In this document: piece by piece, positions 37,329 to 51,122 of the stretch
Position numbering within the stretch: the first letter of the stretch is position 1
Layout of the letters: every line of letters begins with the position of its first letter
Origin: Podospora anserina
Lineage: Eukaryota
Assembly (NCBI GenBank): GCA_017654855.1
Contig: CM030338.1
Span: 2,542,001-2,606,000 of the forward strand
Direction of reading: 5' to 3'
DNA length: 64,000 bases
Translations under genes and position numbers: made by a program
The notes under the pieces: generated by a model
Told to the model about the DNA's origin: nothing
Database searches by the model: none
The model's input: only the letters and a program-made list of their open reading frames with translations

Positions 37329-37841
37329 ATCTCGTCTTGTTTTTTTTTCCTTTTCCTCTTCCTCACTTGCCGTCCTCCGTCCCCGTTTGTCCTCTATCGC
37401 TGTGTGTAGTAATGTTGACCGCTCTTCGTCATATCCACTTCTTTTTTTTTCCCCCTCAACCAAAAAAACAACGTCAAAGTCCAAAAGAAAGTCGTGTCAG
37501 TCGTTCAAAAATTTATTACAAGTAAAAGTTCAGATAATCATTTTGATTAAAAAAAATAAAATAAACAAAAAGGTCGGGATAAGCACTTCTCCACCCCCCA
37601 GCAGCCACTCGACCCCCATGTAATACCGACGGTGGCAGGCAAGCCAGGCCGCCAATATGCACCTCGAAGCACCTCACATAACCAAGCTCAAGCTGCATCC
37701 AAGACAGACCGAACACTCTATCTGGGCAGCCAATCGGTAAACTGCCCAATCACCCCCTCTCACCTTTTCACCTCAATAGTTTGTACTCCTCCCGATTCAG
37801 TGATGAGTGATGAGCTGTCCAACAACCCCCCCCTTGCTCCT

Positions 37842-37876
37842 CCCATCCCCATCCCCATCCCCATCCCCATCCCCAT
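37842..37876. repeat. (CCCCAT)n hexamer repeat
   Basis: About six tandem units, intergenic. Confidence 0.85.
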
Positions 37877-38988
37877 CCGCATCCCCTGCCCTACCTATCT
37901 ACTGTTTCACAGACAAGCAACTCCAAGAGAGGCTTCATGTTGTGTCCGATGCGGGGCCGCAAACCACCAAAAATCGGAGGTGGCTGAGGTGGTGGATTGG
38001 TCCGAAAAGGCAACACTATACCTTTTTCAATTCAATCTTATCAAACCGTACATGCACCGGCATCTGTTATGCATCATCTTCTCGACGCCGCTGCGTTCCA
38101 TGATGATGTAGGCGATCGTTGGGAGGGGGCACACCTCCTTCTCTTTCGCTGGGTTTCTGTTTCCTCTCAAGGTGTGAACATCTTCACTTTTGAAGTAGAA
38201 AGAAGCTTCCCCAACCCCCGCACCCCATAATCAACCCCAAACCGTTTAGCTCCCGCTTTCATGACTTAACAGGGGTCATATTCCTTCCTTCAACCATCAA
38301 ACCCTCTCGGTTTACAATTGTCGGAGGCTGGCATCACCCTCTCACCCTCGCACTCCAATCTCACTCTCACTCTCACTTCCGACTTCACATAACACACTTC
38401 AAATAATTTGATTCAACCCTCGATTCAACCCTCAGCCTTTCAAAACAGGCCGTGATCTCCCTCCCCCCACTACAACATCCCTAACACTATCCAGGAAAAC
38501 CTTTTTTTTTGTTTTTTTTGCATAACCATCCTTCCCTCCCTACCCCCCAAACTGAAATACACTTATAACCCTACCCTCATTCTTACAAACCATCCATCCC
38601 ATTCTCAATTATTACCTTTTTCACACACAGCCGCCCACCCCCGCCACTTCCCGTAGTAAAAACAACCCCCTCCCATCCCCTTCCACATTTTCCTTGTATC
38701 AAAACAACAACAACCACCCCCCCTCTCACCCTAATCCATCTCAAATGCAACCCAAATCCACAAAGCCCAAATCGCTCCGGTCGACAAAAAGAAAAAAGAA
38801 AAAGAAACCAGTAGATCTTTCCGTTTCGCCCTACTCTGCGTATGCATGTCCATCTCATACAGCCGCCTGCACCTCTTTTGTGTCCCGTGTGTGTGTGTGT
38901 GTGTGCGCGCGCGCTATTTGTGTACCAAGTATACAAAAATCCCACTTCCACCATTTAAACCATTCCCAAAAAAAAATCTAGAACACAT

Positions 38989-40702
38989 CTAGAAATCCGG
39001 GAACAAAGACCCATGTCTACATCATCATCATCATCATCATCATCATCATTAGCACTCATCTCTCTCACTCAAGACGAAAAACTTACGGATCAGGCCCCGT
39101 CTGCCCATACTTCTCCTGCTCCTCCGCATACCGATCAAACTGGCTCGCATCCCCCGCCCCCGGCTTCACCGGAGGCGAGTACGGCGCGTCAATGTCCTTC
39201 CTGGCCAGCCTGTCCCACGTCACCTCTTGAAACCAAATGTGGTTCTTCACGTCCTGCGACCCCTGGTACAAGTTACCCAGCCGCTTGCTAAGGTCCGGCG
39301 TGATCAGCCGTTCCAAGAGGTCCTGCGCGTCCGGGTTCAGGTAGGCCGGGTACTTGATCCTGCCCTTGAGGATGTTTTCGTATATCTTCATGGGAGAGCC
39401 GCTGTCCCAAAATGGAGTATACCCGCAGAGCATCTCGTAAATCAAGATCCCCAGCGACCACCAGTCAACAGACTTGTTGTACCCCTTGTTGCTGACAACC
39501 TCGGGAGCAAGGTAGTCGGGCGTCCCGCACAACGTCCACGTCTTGTCCGGCACGCGCTTGGCAAATCCAAAGTCTGTAATCTTGATGTGCCCATGGCGGT
39601 CCAGCAAAAGGTTTTCGGGCTTCAAATCCCGGTAGATGATGTTGCGAGCGTGCAGGTACTCGAGTGCCAGCGTCACTTCGGCCGCATAAAACTTCGCCAC
39701 GGGGTTTGGGAAACGCTGCCAACAGTCAACATCCAAACCAGCCTCAACCCCCTTTTCAGCTCAAAAACTTACCCCTGATTTTCTCAGCAGAGAAAATAAC
39801 TCTCCTCCTTCCACAAAGTCCATCACCATGTACAGATTCTTTGAATCTTGAAAAGTACCCCAAAGCGTGATCAAGAACGGGTGCTTGACCTCGGCCAGCA
39901 TTTTTCTTTCGTCATTGGTGTGCTCGATTTGCTTCATCTTGACCACTTGCTGCTTCTTCAGCACCTTGACAGCATAAAACCGTTGGTTGTGGCGTGACTG
40001 CACCAGGTGGACTCGGCCGAAACTGCCAGTTCCCAGGGTCCGCCTAAAATCAAAGTCGTTCAAAGAATACTTTCCCTTGGTGACGCGTGGTTGTTCTGCC
40101 GTGTTTTGTTGCGCTTGTTGTACTTGTTGTTGTGGTTGCTGCTGGGGCAGTGGCTGGTGTGGCTGTTGTTGGTGAAGCATACCATGCTGCTGCTGTTGCT
40201 GCGGATATTGTTGTTGTTGTTGAGGTTGCTGTGGCAATGGCAACTGCTGCTGCCCGGGCATTCCTGTGCTGGGTGGATGTGTGGTGTACTGAGGAGCGGG
40301 AGCTCCCATATGCTGTTGGTACCCACCAGCCGGTCCATCATGCTGTTGTGGGTAGTGTATGAGATTCGAGATGCGTGGGATGTTTTGATGGTTCTCGGTC
40401 CCTGGTGAAGGTGTATGCTGGGGAGCAGAGAAGCCCTGTGTGTGTGGGTTGTTGGTGTTCATGGTGACTGGCGGTTCGGCCGACGCTTCGGCCGGCCCTG
40501 GGTGTGCGGTGGCAGTGGAAGCAGGTTGTGATGACGCAGCCACTGGTTGCGAAGGCGCAAGCGGCAGGGTAGGGTGCTCGAGGCTCTTGGCTGTGGTGGG
40601 TGTCACAGGGCTCGCGGGGTTGCTGTGCGTTGAAGAGTCCTGGTTGCCCTCTTTGGTCCGCTTCTTCTTGAGGAGGTTACCGATAGCCTCACCTAGAGGC
40701 AT
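38989..40702 (-). CDS. pkaC: cAMP-dependent protein kinase catalytic subunit (PKA-C); exons 40702-39773, 39715-39087, 39016-38989
   Basis: [46 protein letters not shown] and terminal FPDF* (FxxF). Gln-rich N-terminus. An (ATC)n repeat lies in the last intron. Confidence 0.96.
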
Positions 40703-43136
40703 CAAGGACGTTCTGCAACGAGGCCAGGCCAGCAGAGGCCTTTGGACTGTCTGATTGGGGCAGAGCAACGACGGGATGCCGGGAGAGAGCAAAACACCAA
40801 GAGGCTGTAGCTGCGAAGCAATCAAATGGCGAGCCAATAAGCAATCGGTGTTCGTTCGGAGGGGGTTTGTTCGGCGGTCGGTCGGCGACGTGACACCGAG
40901 TTTCAAGCAGGGAAACCGAAGAGTGGGAAGCTTGCTCCGATGCGGTCCGGGCAAACTGCAGAATCGGAATCGCGCGCCGTTTAAAAAGGGGAGCAGCCTG
41001 CACCAAAAAGCTTCAATTGTTAGTTCAAAATAGGAGAAGGCCCAAAATCAACAAACGGCCGAAATTGTAGGCCTAAGAAATTGTTGTGACGAAAGCTGGC
41101 TTTGGTGGGGACAGGAGATGGATCCGGACGGACACCCCGTGCAATGTGATGATATTGCGGCACCACCAACTATGTGCTCACAGCCAAGCATCGCAGCCCA
41201 GCACAAAGAAGAACGTCACTGGAACCGGGCCTTGTGTGGTTGAGATGTGGAGGAGGAGGAGGAGGAGGAGGAGGAGAAACTCACCTTACCCTTGACTAGA
41301 TCCCTTATGGGATTGCTTTTTATCCTTCGAGGCTTTTTGCTAACCAGACGATGGTGGGGGCCCGTCGACGGTTTATTTGAAGCTGTCACTCGAGCGGCGG
41401 CAGCTCTGCTTCTCGTCTAGTTGCAATGGCCTAGCAGCGCACGGTGTAGAGTGAGCGACTCAACAATTGCAGCCGTTCAATTCCGGAAACAGATGCCACA
41501 CAGAGCTAGGGACTCGAGCAACAGGCCGAGCGACGCCTTCAATGGGGGGGTAGAGGAGGGGGCGGCTGATGTTGGAAGGGAGGAGAGGGGGGAGAGAGGC
41601 GAAGGAGGGGGAGCTGCTTAAAAAAGAAGCCAACAAATAACGGCTACGTGTGTAGTATCTGAATCCGTGTCTGTGCGCGGATATAGGAAGTTGATATCTC
41701 CAAAGAGTGTAGAACTATATGGTCGATAGGTGTCGGACTGGAAGAGAAGAGGAGAGTCCAGGATTCTAGGATTCTAGGTGTGTGGTGAGGGACGGGAGGA
41801 GAATTCCATCATTGAGTGATTGTCCATTCTGTCTGCTCCTGGCTGTCTGTCTGTCTGTCTGTTGGAGGGATGAGTGGACCCACGCACCACATCGCTCGTT
41901 CCTCCTTGTCCCTCTGGGCAGCCCGGTAAGGAGCTGGCACCTGGGGTTTGAAAGGCTGCTGAGTGGTTCTTGCAAAAAGACTGCGCCGTCGCTTGCTGAG
42001 AACGTCACGGTAGCGTGTGGTGTCCAGTGTAAGGTACGGGGCAGCCAAGTGGTAGCCGAGCCCTCTTTTTCTTTGTCCCAGTTCCCAACACGGCCATGCT
42101 ATAGGAGAAAGACAATTTACCACCCCTACCCCCCCCCTCCCTTTCTCTCTGGTGGGAGGTTATACCTAACCCCGCGCCTGAACCAAAGCCCCATGTCAAT
42201 TTCTCTCACAGTAGCTTTTATATCTTGGCACTTGGTACGGTACCTTGTCCCCCCATTCTGCACTAGGTATTCAACGTGAAGCTGAAGTGAAGCATCTCCT
42301 TTTGCAGCTTGACGTGTCTCGCCCTGTGATGGCGGGGCACAGCAAGCACAGGGATTGGCCTGGTTGGCGTCTTCAGCTGCTCCCTGTCAAAGCATCGTCA
42401 TCGCGCAATTAACACCACATCCCCGCTCTTATCCTAGCTTCGGGCCTGAATTCGTGGGTGTGTCGTCGCTGGTGTCTAAACTTGTTAAGTATCCGCGGTG
42501 GGGCTTCAGCGAGCGAGCCGTATGAAAACACGGGTTAAATGGTCCGATGGAGTTGATATGAATACGGAGTTCACCCCCTGTTTAAAGTTCTGCTTCCTCT
42601 CTCAAGGGAATGCACATGTCAAGAAATACACATGGAAACCTATGCGCCTTCCCGCCCCAGTCAAGTCCTACAGCGACTTGCTCGACTTCACCGGCGCACC
42701 AAGTATATGAGCACCTAGTCCGAGGGTCTTGAAAAAGGGGCATCCCGTCTTTGACTCGAACCTCCGTAACTGTCTGTGGTTTAAGCACCGAAAAACTGTT
42801 GTGTTCGCTGGACATCCATTGAAACCCTATTAAAAAAAAAAAAAAACAAAGACATGACCCATACACATGGCAACCATCCCGCATCCGCTTTTGCCCTTTC
42901 CCGCCCACACCCAAGCAACACGTTCAGATCCAGTGTGTGGACACGACCATCTCGGCTTATCCCTACTTCACCCAATTCGGCGATAAATATGAGAAAGGAG
43001 CCACCCGCGCACTCCGTCCCTTCCGACGAGTTCGTCTTCTTCTGATACCCGTTTCAAGGTCGAGCTTCCCTGCATCACCATCTTCCCCATGCCGTTCCGT
43101 GGCTGCTGATGTCAATTGCTCTGCTCTACCCATCCA

Positions 43137-44298
43137 CTAAAACCGGTGGCTCCTCTGGTTCTTGGCCCTGTACGCAGTAAACCCAACATACGCACCACCC
43201 AGCACCGCAAAGAAGAAGAAAATCTTCATAAAGAACCAAGTCCAGCTGCTACCCCCCTCCTGTCCGCCATAAGACTTCTTGCCCCCCTTGTTGCTCCCAG
43301 GAGTAGACTTGCCCGCGTTCGGCTGGGACGTATACAGATTCTTCGCATTGATCGAAATGATGTCGTGATTATCGCTCAGCTCGCCCGTCTCGGCGCTGAA
43401 GCCCAGGTACGCCACCTGGGGAATCGTGGGGGGAGTGTTCGTCTCAAAGCACATGGTCCACTCGCCCTCGCTCTTGTACTGCAGCTCCAGCTTGAGGTAC
43501 TTGTCCTGGAAGTACGTCAGGCGAAGCTTGGTGGGAACGGTGGCGTGCCTGATGCCCCTGGCCGAGCAGCCGGCAAACTCGGTGCTCTTTCCGTCGGTGT
43601 CCTTGTCGTACGAGGTGTGGCCGTCGCCAACCATGGCCATGACGTAGGGGAACACGACGCCGGGGCGGTTGTTCTTGTACGTGTCGAAAAAGATACCGAG
43701 ACCCTCAAACTTGTCGGCGGCGCCAAAGACGGGGCCCATCTTGCCGCGCTCTCGTGTGAGCCACATGGCGAACCCGTCGCCGTAGAGCTGGCCCTTGCCG
43801 TGGATCTTGAATTCCACCTCGATTTCCCAGTTTGTGGCGGTCAATGGCACTCTGCTAAAGAGCCATCCCATCTGCGAGGGGTGGTCCGAGGTCAGGCGGA
43901 TGTACCTGCGCATCAACGATCAGCATTTCTTCTTGGATAGCCTTCAAGACTCGAGGGGGGATTTACTGGTCGGTACGGATAATCGTGTCCCCTCCAAAGT
44001 CATACCACCGACTTTGCATGTCACTGTCAAGGTAGGGCTATCATGGTTCGTCGTCAGTCATATATTTTCCCATCGAACATGCGATCGGGCTTGAAATTCG
44101 AGCATGCGCACCTGCACGAGTGTGTGTGTCCTCAACTATAACACCTGTTAGCTCTAACTGATCCCTCGACGAAAGCAGCATCTCCCAGCAAGTGGCTCTG
44201 CATACCCCTATGCTCTTGACATCCCCTTCGTCATTCTGGCCGGCGGCCCAAGCAGACGCAGCCAGCCACAGGGCTGACAGGGTCGACTTAAACAGCAT
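43137..44298 (-). CDS. L-type lectin cargo receptor (VIP36/ERGIC-53/Emp46-47-like), type I membrane protein, 4 exons
   Basis: Signal peptide, then LRTHTL, PYLDSDMQSRWYDFGGDTIIR, YGDGFAMW, GIFFDTYKN and YLGFSAETGELSDNHDII. C-terminal TM helix and short tail RSHRF. Confidence 0.92.
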
Positions 44299-45145
44299 TG
44301 TGGTTGTCGCCAATGGGCAGGTCTGTGTTCGTAGAGTTGGTGTGCCGATCGGCAGCAGTGTGCGCGTCGTGTGTCAAGAATCGAGGTGCAGGCCGAGAAG
44401 GAAAATCGGGGTGGGTGATGTCAAGATTCGCAGTGTGGTGGTCGTGTGTGGCGTGGTAGAGTAGTTGTCGAAAAAAATAAGGGTAGCTTGACCGAGGCCA
44501 GGTGTACAGAAAGATGCAGTGGTGAGAAAAAAGAAAAGAGGCAGATAATGATTGTCGTGGTCGTTCGTTCGTCCGGTACAGCGCAACTTCAGCCGAGTGT
44601 TACTTCTTTGCCCCCGGCTGTCGTCGGATTGGATGTCTTCGACTCCCGTTGGAAACTGGCACCTGGTGTTTGGACTTCGTAGTGAGCTGGCCTTTTGGAC
44701 GCTGCGGGCTGCCTGGGTTCGGGTCTTTGGGGGCTGGGGAGCTACCCCTGTTGGGCGACGAGTGGAGCCGCTTCAGCTTCGAAATGCACGAGCCCTTGGG
44801 TCAGCTGGCCAATAAATCACGTTGATTATGCAGAAGATATGGCAATATTCTGTACAGACTCATCGCCTCAGATGCTACCTACGATAGGGGCTTGATAATA
44901 GAATGGACTTGAAATTGATATATGTACCTTCTACAAAATCGAGACGCCATAAAGGCTAGTCAAGAGACTGAGAAATTAGTCCAAATGTCTCGGGGAAATA
45001 ACAACACGGCCTTGTCCACTGTCCCTCAAAACGTTGATTGGTGATACAGCTCAAGTTCTGATTGATGCCATACCAGACCGTAGCATATATATATCCCTGA
45101 GCAGTCCCATCATCTCTCGACCCCATCCCACCCCCTATCTTCCCC

Positions 45146-48100
45146 CTACCCAAGCAACAACCTCCTCCTCTCTAACCCCTCCCCACCATCCGGTTGAGGC
45201 CCAATCCAACGACCTACCCACATCTCCGCAACCCCCATCCTCTCCCAGAGCCCACTCGCCTGTTGCTCAACAACCAAAACATGATTGCTCATCATCACCA
45301 CCGCCATCCACGTCTCCCTCAGCAACCTCTTACGAAACTCCCCTTCACCCCCCTCATCATCACATCTCTTGGTCAACAAAAAACCCCCATCCGTCCACGC
45401 ATCACCAACCTCCATAGTAGCAATAAACCCATCCAACCATTTATACCGCGTATCCTCCCGCAAAGTGACATACCCCACATAACCTTCCACTTCCAAAACA
45501 TGATGATGCCCAAACCGATACCTCTTCTCCCAATCACCAAGACCAAAATAACCCCCCCCCACGAAAGCAGCCCTTTCTTCCCCTCTTCCACAATCGACAC
45601 ATCAGCCAAACTATCCCACTGACGCCGTGGCCCTTCAAACTTTGCCGTGCCCGTCCACCCAGTCTACGACCAGCTGGGAAATCCCCCCCGTCGTGTCCCC
45701 GGCTGACGACAAGTCCACAGCAAACCATAAACAAACCCCGCCAGATTCGCCGCCACAGTATTAGGGTCAACATCCACGTACACAGACGGGCCACCCGGAG
45801 ACCAGTCATATCTATGCGTCTGTGGAACAATAAGAATGCCACAGAGGTGATAAGCCGGTTGCGGCAACGACAAATACAACTGAAGAACCCCCAGCATCGC
45901 ATTCAAAGCATCGAGCTCATACGTCAGTTGCCGTGGTGCGTACTCCGATAGTCGTTGATGCACCCCCAAGTCGTCTTCCTCCATGTTGGTGACACCACCC
46001 AAGGGGAAGAGCCATGAGCTGGGCTGGAGGCGATCCCTATTGTTTCGAGTGTTGCGTAGCCGAGTTGAGAACTTGCTTAGTATAGGGGGCACGGTGATGG
46101 CCTCTCTGGCAAGTATGCCACCGCACTCAAATGACACCTCGTACTGCGTAAAGAATAGACGGCGCCGAGAAAGCAATCCCTCCTGGTAGGTCCACCCCCG
46201 AGTGGCCCACTTAGACGACTTTATTTCACGGCTCGGCTCAGGAGGGATGGTAGTCAGGATGTGTCCCTGCACTTTTCTCGCCGGCGGCCGTTTTCGAAAT
46301 CGTTGGCTCACACCCGGTAGGCCAAAGGATGACTCTTCTCCTGCTGCATCGATGATGGTGACCTCCGCGCCATGGTATACAAAGTTCATGTGCCGTAGCT
46401 GCTCGTCTTTGACCGATCCGGGCGTCTGGTCAACGCAATATCGATCTACCCAGAGATACTCGTAGCCTAGAGCGAGAGTAACCTTGATCGCATCCTCCAC
46501 GACTGTTTCCATTTTGAGGCCGGCAAGACTATGCTGGTTCTGCGGACCATCTTGGACGGCACCCCAGACGTAACTCAAGGCGGTGTGTGGCGGCGGCGCT
46601 GTATCTATATGGACGATATCCCTCGTCGCGCAGTGAATAAGCCGAAAGTGTGGGATTTCATGAACCTGGGTTGGGTTGCAGACAGCGTCTGAATGGTTTC
46701 CAGTGCAATCTGCGATCCAGCTCTTGATCTGCCCGAAATCCACCTCATTAAATGGCACGTGTTTGACTGAGAGAGCCCGCCCTCTATAAGAGCAGTTTGA
46801 GCCAACGCGGGCTATAAACCCCGAACGTATCACGGGCTCAAAGGTTTCTGAGCCGTTGATGTCGCTCATATTTTGCATATCAGGGTAACCATCAGATTTC
46901 ATGCCGCTGCTGGTGACAACTGCAAGGAACAGGGTGTCGATCAAGTCTTCTGGCAAATTCGATTAAAAGTCTTCCGAGCCTTCGCACAGCCAAAATGAGG
47001 AGGCCAGAAAACGCTCGTAGTTCGAACTGGTCCTGCTCTTCTGCCGTATTGGAATCCGCAGAGGGGGCCGGGTGCACGCTGGCTATCAGCCTGCAGAGTC
47101 CACATAACTGCTGACTTTTCTCTGATGGCGGCTCGTCAAACTTCGCGATCAGATTGCCCCAGTATGAGCTCGATCGTCGAGAGAAGGCCTCATCGAGGTT
47201 GATGGTATCGCATCTCTTGCAGAGACTCCATTCCTCCGCGCGGTCGCCATCATAGTCAGCTTCGCGCTGTACTCCCAGCTCCAGTCGACAGCCAGTCAGA
47301 CCCCTGCCCCACTTCATTGCCATTATCACTCGGTCCTCGCCTTCGCTCGAGGTGTCTTCTGACGCGTGTGTGACAGGAGGATTGTCGAGAATTTCAAGAT
47401 CCTCAGAGCAAACACCAGGTATTCCACAGATCTTCCGTGACAGAACAGGCTCTCTTCGATCTAGAACCATCTTGAGAAAGTCCCGCCCTGCTTGTCCACG
47501 CGATTGAGGTTGACATCTTCTCTGGCCAGAAGCAATTCCATAATAACATCCCCACGAGAATCACCAATTGCTCGTTCCACCAGAGTATATCCTTCGGTAT
47601 CCTCGGCATTGAGATCAACCCGGCCAGTTTCGAGCAGTTCTTGCGCCACCTTTTTTCGACTAGCCGCCGTGTCTTGAGGCCTTAGGTTCCAAGATGGCGA
47701 GATAGTCCAGGACAGCGGGCTTCGACCGTCGTTATCTCTGGGATCAGGGTCGACTTGGTCAAAGCTGAGAAGCCGCCTGACGGTTTGTAGCAAACCTCGC
47801 TCCGCTGCCAAAGAAAGCGGCGTCCGTCCGTCAGGATTGCGTTTCTCTGGGTCAACCGACTTGTGTTTCAACAAGGTGTCTGCCATTTCTTCGGACAGGC
47901 CATTGATGGCGGCCATGAGGTCTGTTTCTCCAGCATGAGCAGTGATATTGGGATTCACACCCTCAATGCCGAGGATCCTGTCAACAATGCTCGCATGCCC
48001 ATATTCCGTTGCCAGCTTCAGCAACGTGTTACCATTTCTGTCTTGGGTGTTGACATCGATGTCATTTTCCATGAAGAGCCTCTCCCTGACACGTTCCGGC

Positions 48101-51100
48101 CCGTGTGCCATCGCCATGCTAAAGATTGTTTGCCCGCGGAGACGTAATTCGTGAGACGCTTCATCCGATATTTTGCAGTTCAAGTCAAGCCGGCCCAGCT
48201 CCAGCAATATTTCCACCCCCCTCCAGTTTTCCCCAATGCCGGCGTGTAGCAACACATTTGCCCTGTTCTCGTCTTCCGCTTCAAGTTCAATACCTGGCTG
48301 AGAAAGAAACAGCCGGAAATGGGCTTCAGTGGCAGTTTTTGCCACCATCATTACAGCCACTCTCCCTTCGCTGTCCCTTGCGTTAATGTTGACTCGACCA
48401 GAAGCAAGGAGCTGACGAATAACTGCTTCGTTTTCTGCTCCGCTATTCCAGTTGTCAAGGCTGGTGCATAATTCTAGGAGGGGCGTTTTCCCATTGACAT
48501 CCACGATGTCAGCATCAATGCTCTCCATCGCGAGCAGCCTTGCCAGTATCGATCGATGGCTTCTCAGTGCTGCCCAGGCCAGTGCTGTCCGCCCTGTTTG
48601 GTCTCGATGATTGGGATCCAGTGTCGGGTCTTCTAGGAGAATATCCACAGCCTTCTCGTTTTCAACCATTGCTGCAACAATTAGTGCTGTCCGGCCCTCT
48701 TTGTCCATGTAGCTCGGGACTACGCCTTCGATCTCCATCAACAGGCATACGGCTGATGCATCACCACTAGCCAAAAGTTCGGAAAAGCTAATAGGCTCAT
48801 GATTTGGGTCAGCACGATATTTTGACAGGAGCAATCGAAGAACTCGCGCATCCAGCCTTGGCAGCCCGAAGCAGAAGGTCCCGCACAGCGTTTTGGGAGG
48901 CTATCGGGTCTAAGAAACCCATCTCGGCCTGCCTGAATAGCAGTTCGGCGACTTCGTCACAGCGCCTTTGAATCGCGTAGGTCAACATGTCCATGTCTTG
49001 GCCATATTGGGGAAACCTGACAGCCTTGTCTATACCGTCCTGTGCGAGCAGAAACTGACAAGCTGCACATGTCCCTCTTCAACAGCGACCGATAGAAGAT
49101 TGGCGTATGGGTCATAAGTCGAAAGGCTCTCATGCCATAAAGATCCCGAGCGCCCGACCCTCAAGTTCAGACCACGGAGTTTACTGGTCAACAACAGCTT
49201 CACCAGTGCGGTATGTCCACCTTTTGCGGCATGCTCAAGGGCACCATTCAAGTTGCGGTTTGCACCGTGCAATTGAAGTTTCTCAACAGTTGTGACATGC
49301 CCTCGGCTTGCGGCGGGTGAAAGGCCGGTGTGGCCGGCGTGGCCGGCGTGATTTCGACGGTTAACAGCTATTTGATTATTGCTCAGCAACATGTCAACAA
49401 GGGCCTCATACCCTGCTTCAGCAGCCCAAGCAAGAGGTGCATTGCCGAGGCTGTCGGTGGTGTTGACATCCACGCCATGGTTCAAGAAGGCTGTGACATT
49501 GGTCTGGTTGTTTGTAGATACCGCCACAACCAGGCCACGAGTCTCTAATGTAGAGAGAGAGGAAGCCGGTTGACAAAGGAACGTGCTTGGGGGCACTGTA
49601 CCTGTCAGTACATCCAGATGTGTTTTGACTAATTGGAAACTATCAGATGACAACAGTTAGTTATGATCGATGATTGTGTGGATGATGACTACCACGACAT
49701 GGCACCTCACCACTATCCTCGTTACTCACCTCTGATCTGACCACAGAAGGAGCTCATTGATGACTCGATTCGTGAGTTCTCTGTCTCTCTGGCGGGTAAA
49801 CGACAAACGAAAAAGATTTGCTGTCACATATCGGGCAAGATCTTCATGTCTGGGTCGTATCTTCAGATGCAAGACGCCTTTCCGTCGCTTGAAAGCCTCG
49901 GGAATAGGCTCTGATGTGGTGAGTAACAGCTTGAGGCCGTGGTTTTCCTGGAGTTTAAGCATCTACTTGAATAATTCGCTTTGGATATCTGGCGGGCAAT
50001 GGTTGATGCCGTCCAAGATGATCCACAATCGTGAAAATCTTGCAACAACCCAATCCAGGCCTTGGAGGATGGCGGCGAGATCATCAGCGGCTGGTAAATG
50101 GGCATTTGTGGCAATCAATGGTGTGTGGACATCTGACAGGCTCTGCGCTAGTTGCTGGAATAAACACAAGATGAGATAGGTGGTAGACCTTGCTCGGTGG
50201 GAAGGTCACCCAAGTAGACGTACGCGACTCCTGTCGTGGTATCTTCGCGGAATCTGTCTTGTAGGGTTTGGATGATAGTCGATGCCATAATTGTTTTGCC
50301 AATCCCTTCTTTGCCTGTGCAAACTAAGATGTTGCGATTCGGACTGAGTAACCATGAACGATACGCTTCAGAGGATAGCACCGATAACCAGGTCCCGGGA
50401 AATCGTTGTTTGATATAGGCGGGATAGCGTGTAGTGAAATCACTTGCTGTAAGCCATCCAGATGCCCCTAAGTATAGAGTGTCTTCGATTCTCCTGTTGC
50501 AGCAACGACTAGGGAAGCTTGCAAAGCATCGGCATGAACTCACAAAACACAGGTGACGATGGGAACTAACGTTGGCAACAGTTGTTTTGAGGCAAATAGT
50601 TCAGTGATTATCTGCCTCACACAAGCTGCAACTGTGGCCGCAGGATAACCCAGTGAGTCGTCGGCCTTGCAGTTGTCCGTGACGCCTTGAATTAGAAGTG
50701 AGGGAAGGTGTCGAATCCCCACACCAACCCCTGAAGAGTGCCATCCCCAAATGGTGACATTCCGAAGCCTTTAGTGTTAGGGGTGATAATGACTTGCGGC
50801 CTAGGGTTGCCCGGCTCGCAACATGAGTTTTGATAGATACCAAACGGCTCAGCTTGAGTGTCGATTCTCCTAAGGGATTCATCCAATGGGCCTCCACGCA
50901 AGTATTCCAAACTGCCGTCGTCAGAGAGGTTGCTAACCACAACATCTCCCTTACGAATGCTCTGCCGAATATGAACTGCTGGATAACATCTTTAAGCTTT
51001 GAGCGCGAGCTTCGAACTGTGCCATGCTCCTCGTCGAACATAAGCAGAAGTGTTGTCTCAACAAGCTCATCGAAGCACATCCATGCCACTGTGTAGTCGT

Positions 51101-51122
51101 CATAATTAATGGCTTCACCCAT
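45146..51122 (-). pseudogene. Decayed NLR-like gene: PNP_UDP_1 remnant - NACHT - ankyrin repeats - HET domain
   Basis: Co-linear fragments: DYTVAWMC..MFDEEH / GDVVVS / PSLLIQGVTD (PNP); CTGKEGIGKTIMAS and IILDGINHC (NACHT Walker A/B); many G.T.L..AA ankyrins; HTALSYVWG, YLWVDRYCVDQ, WATRGWTYQEGLLSRR and FPSWS*TGW (HET). Roughly nine frame switches and one TAG. Confidence 0.85.

Noticed and set aside
40703-40954. In-frame non-AUG N-terminal extension of PKA-C
   Set aside because: Starts at TTG and has UTR-like composition. The ATG at 40702 precedes the typical LKKKRT N-terminus. It would need Ribo-seq support.
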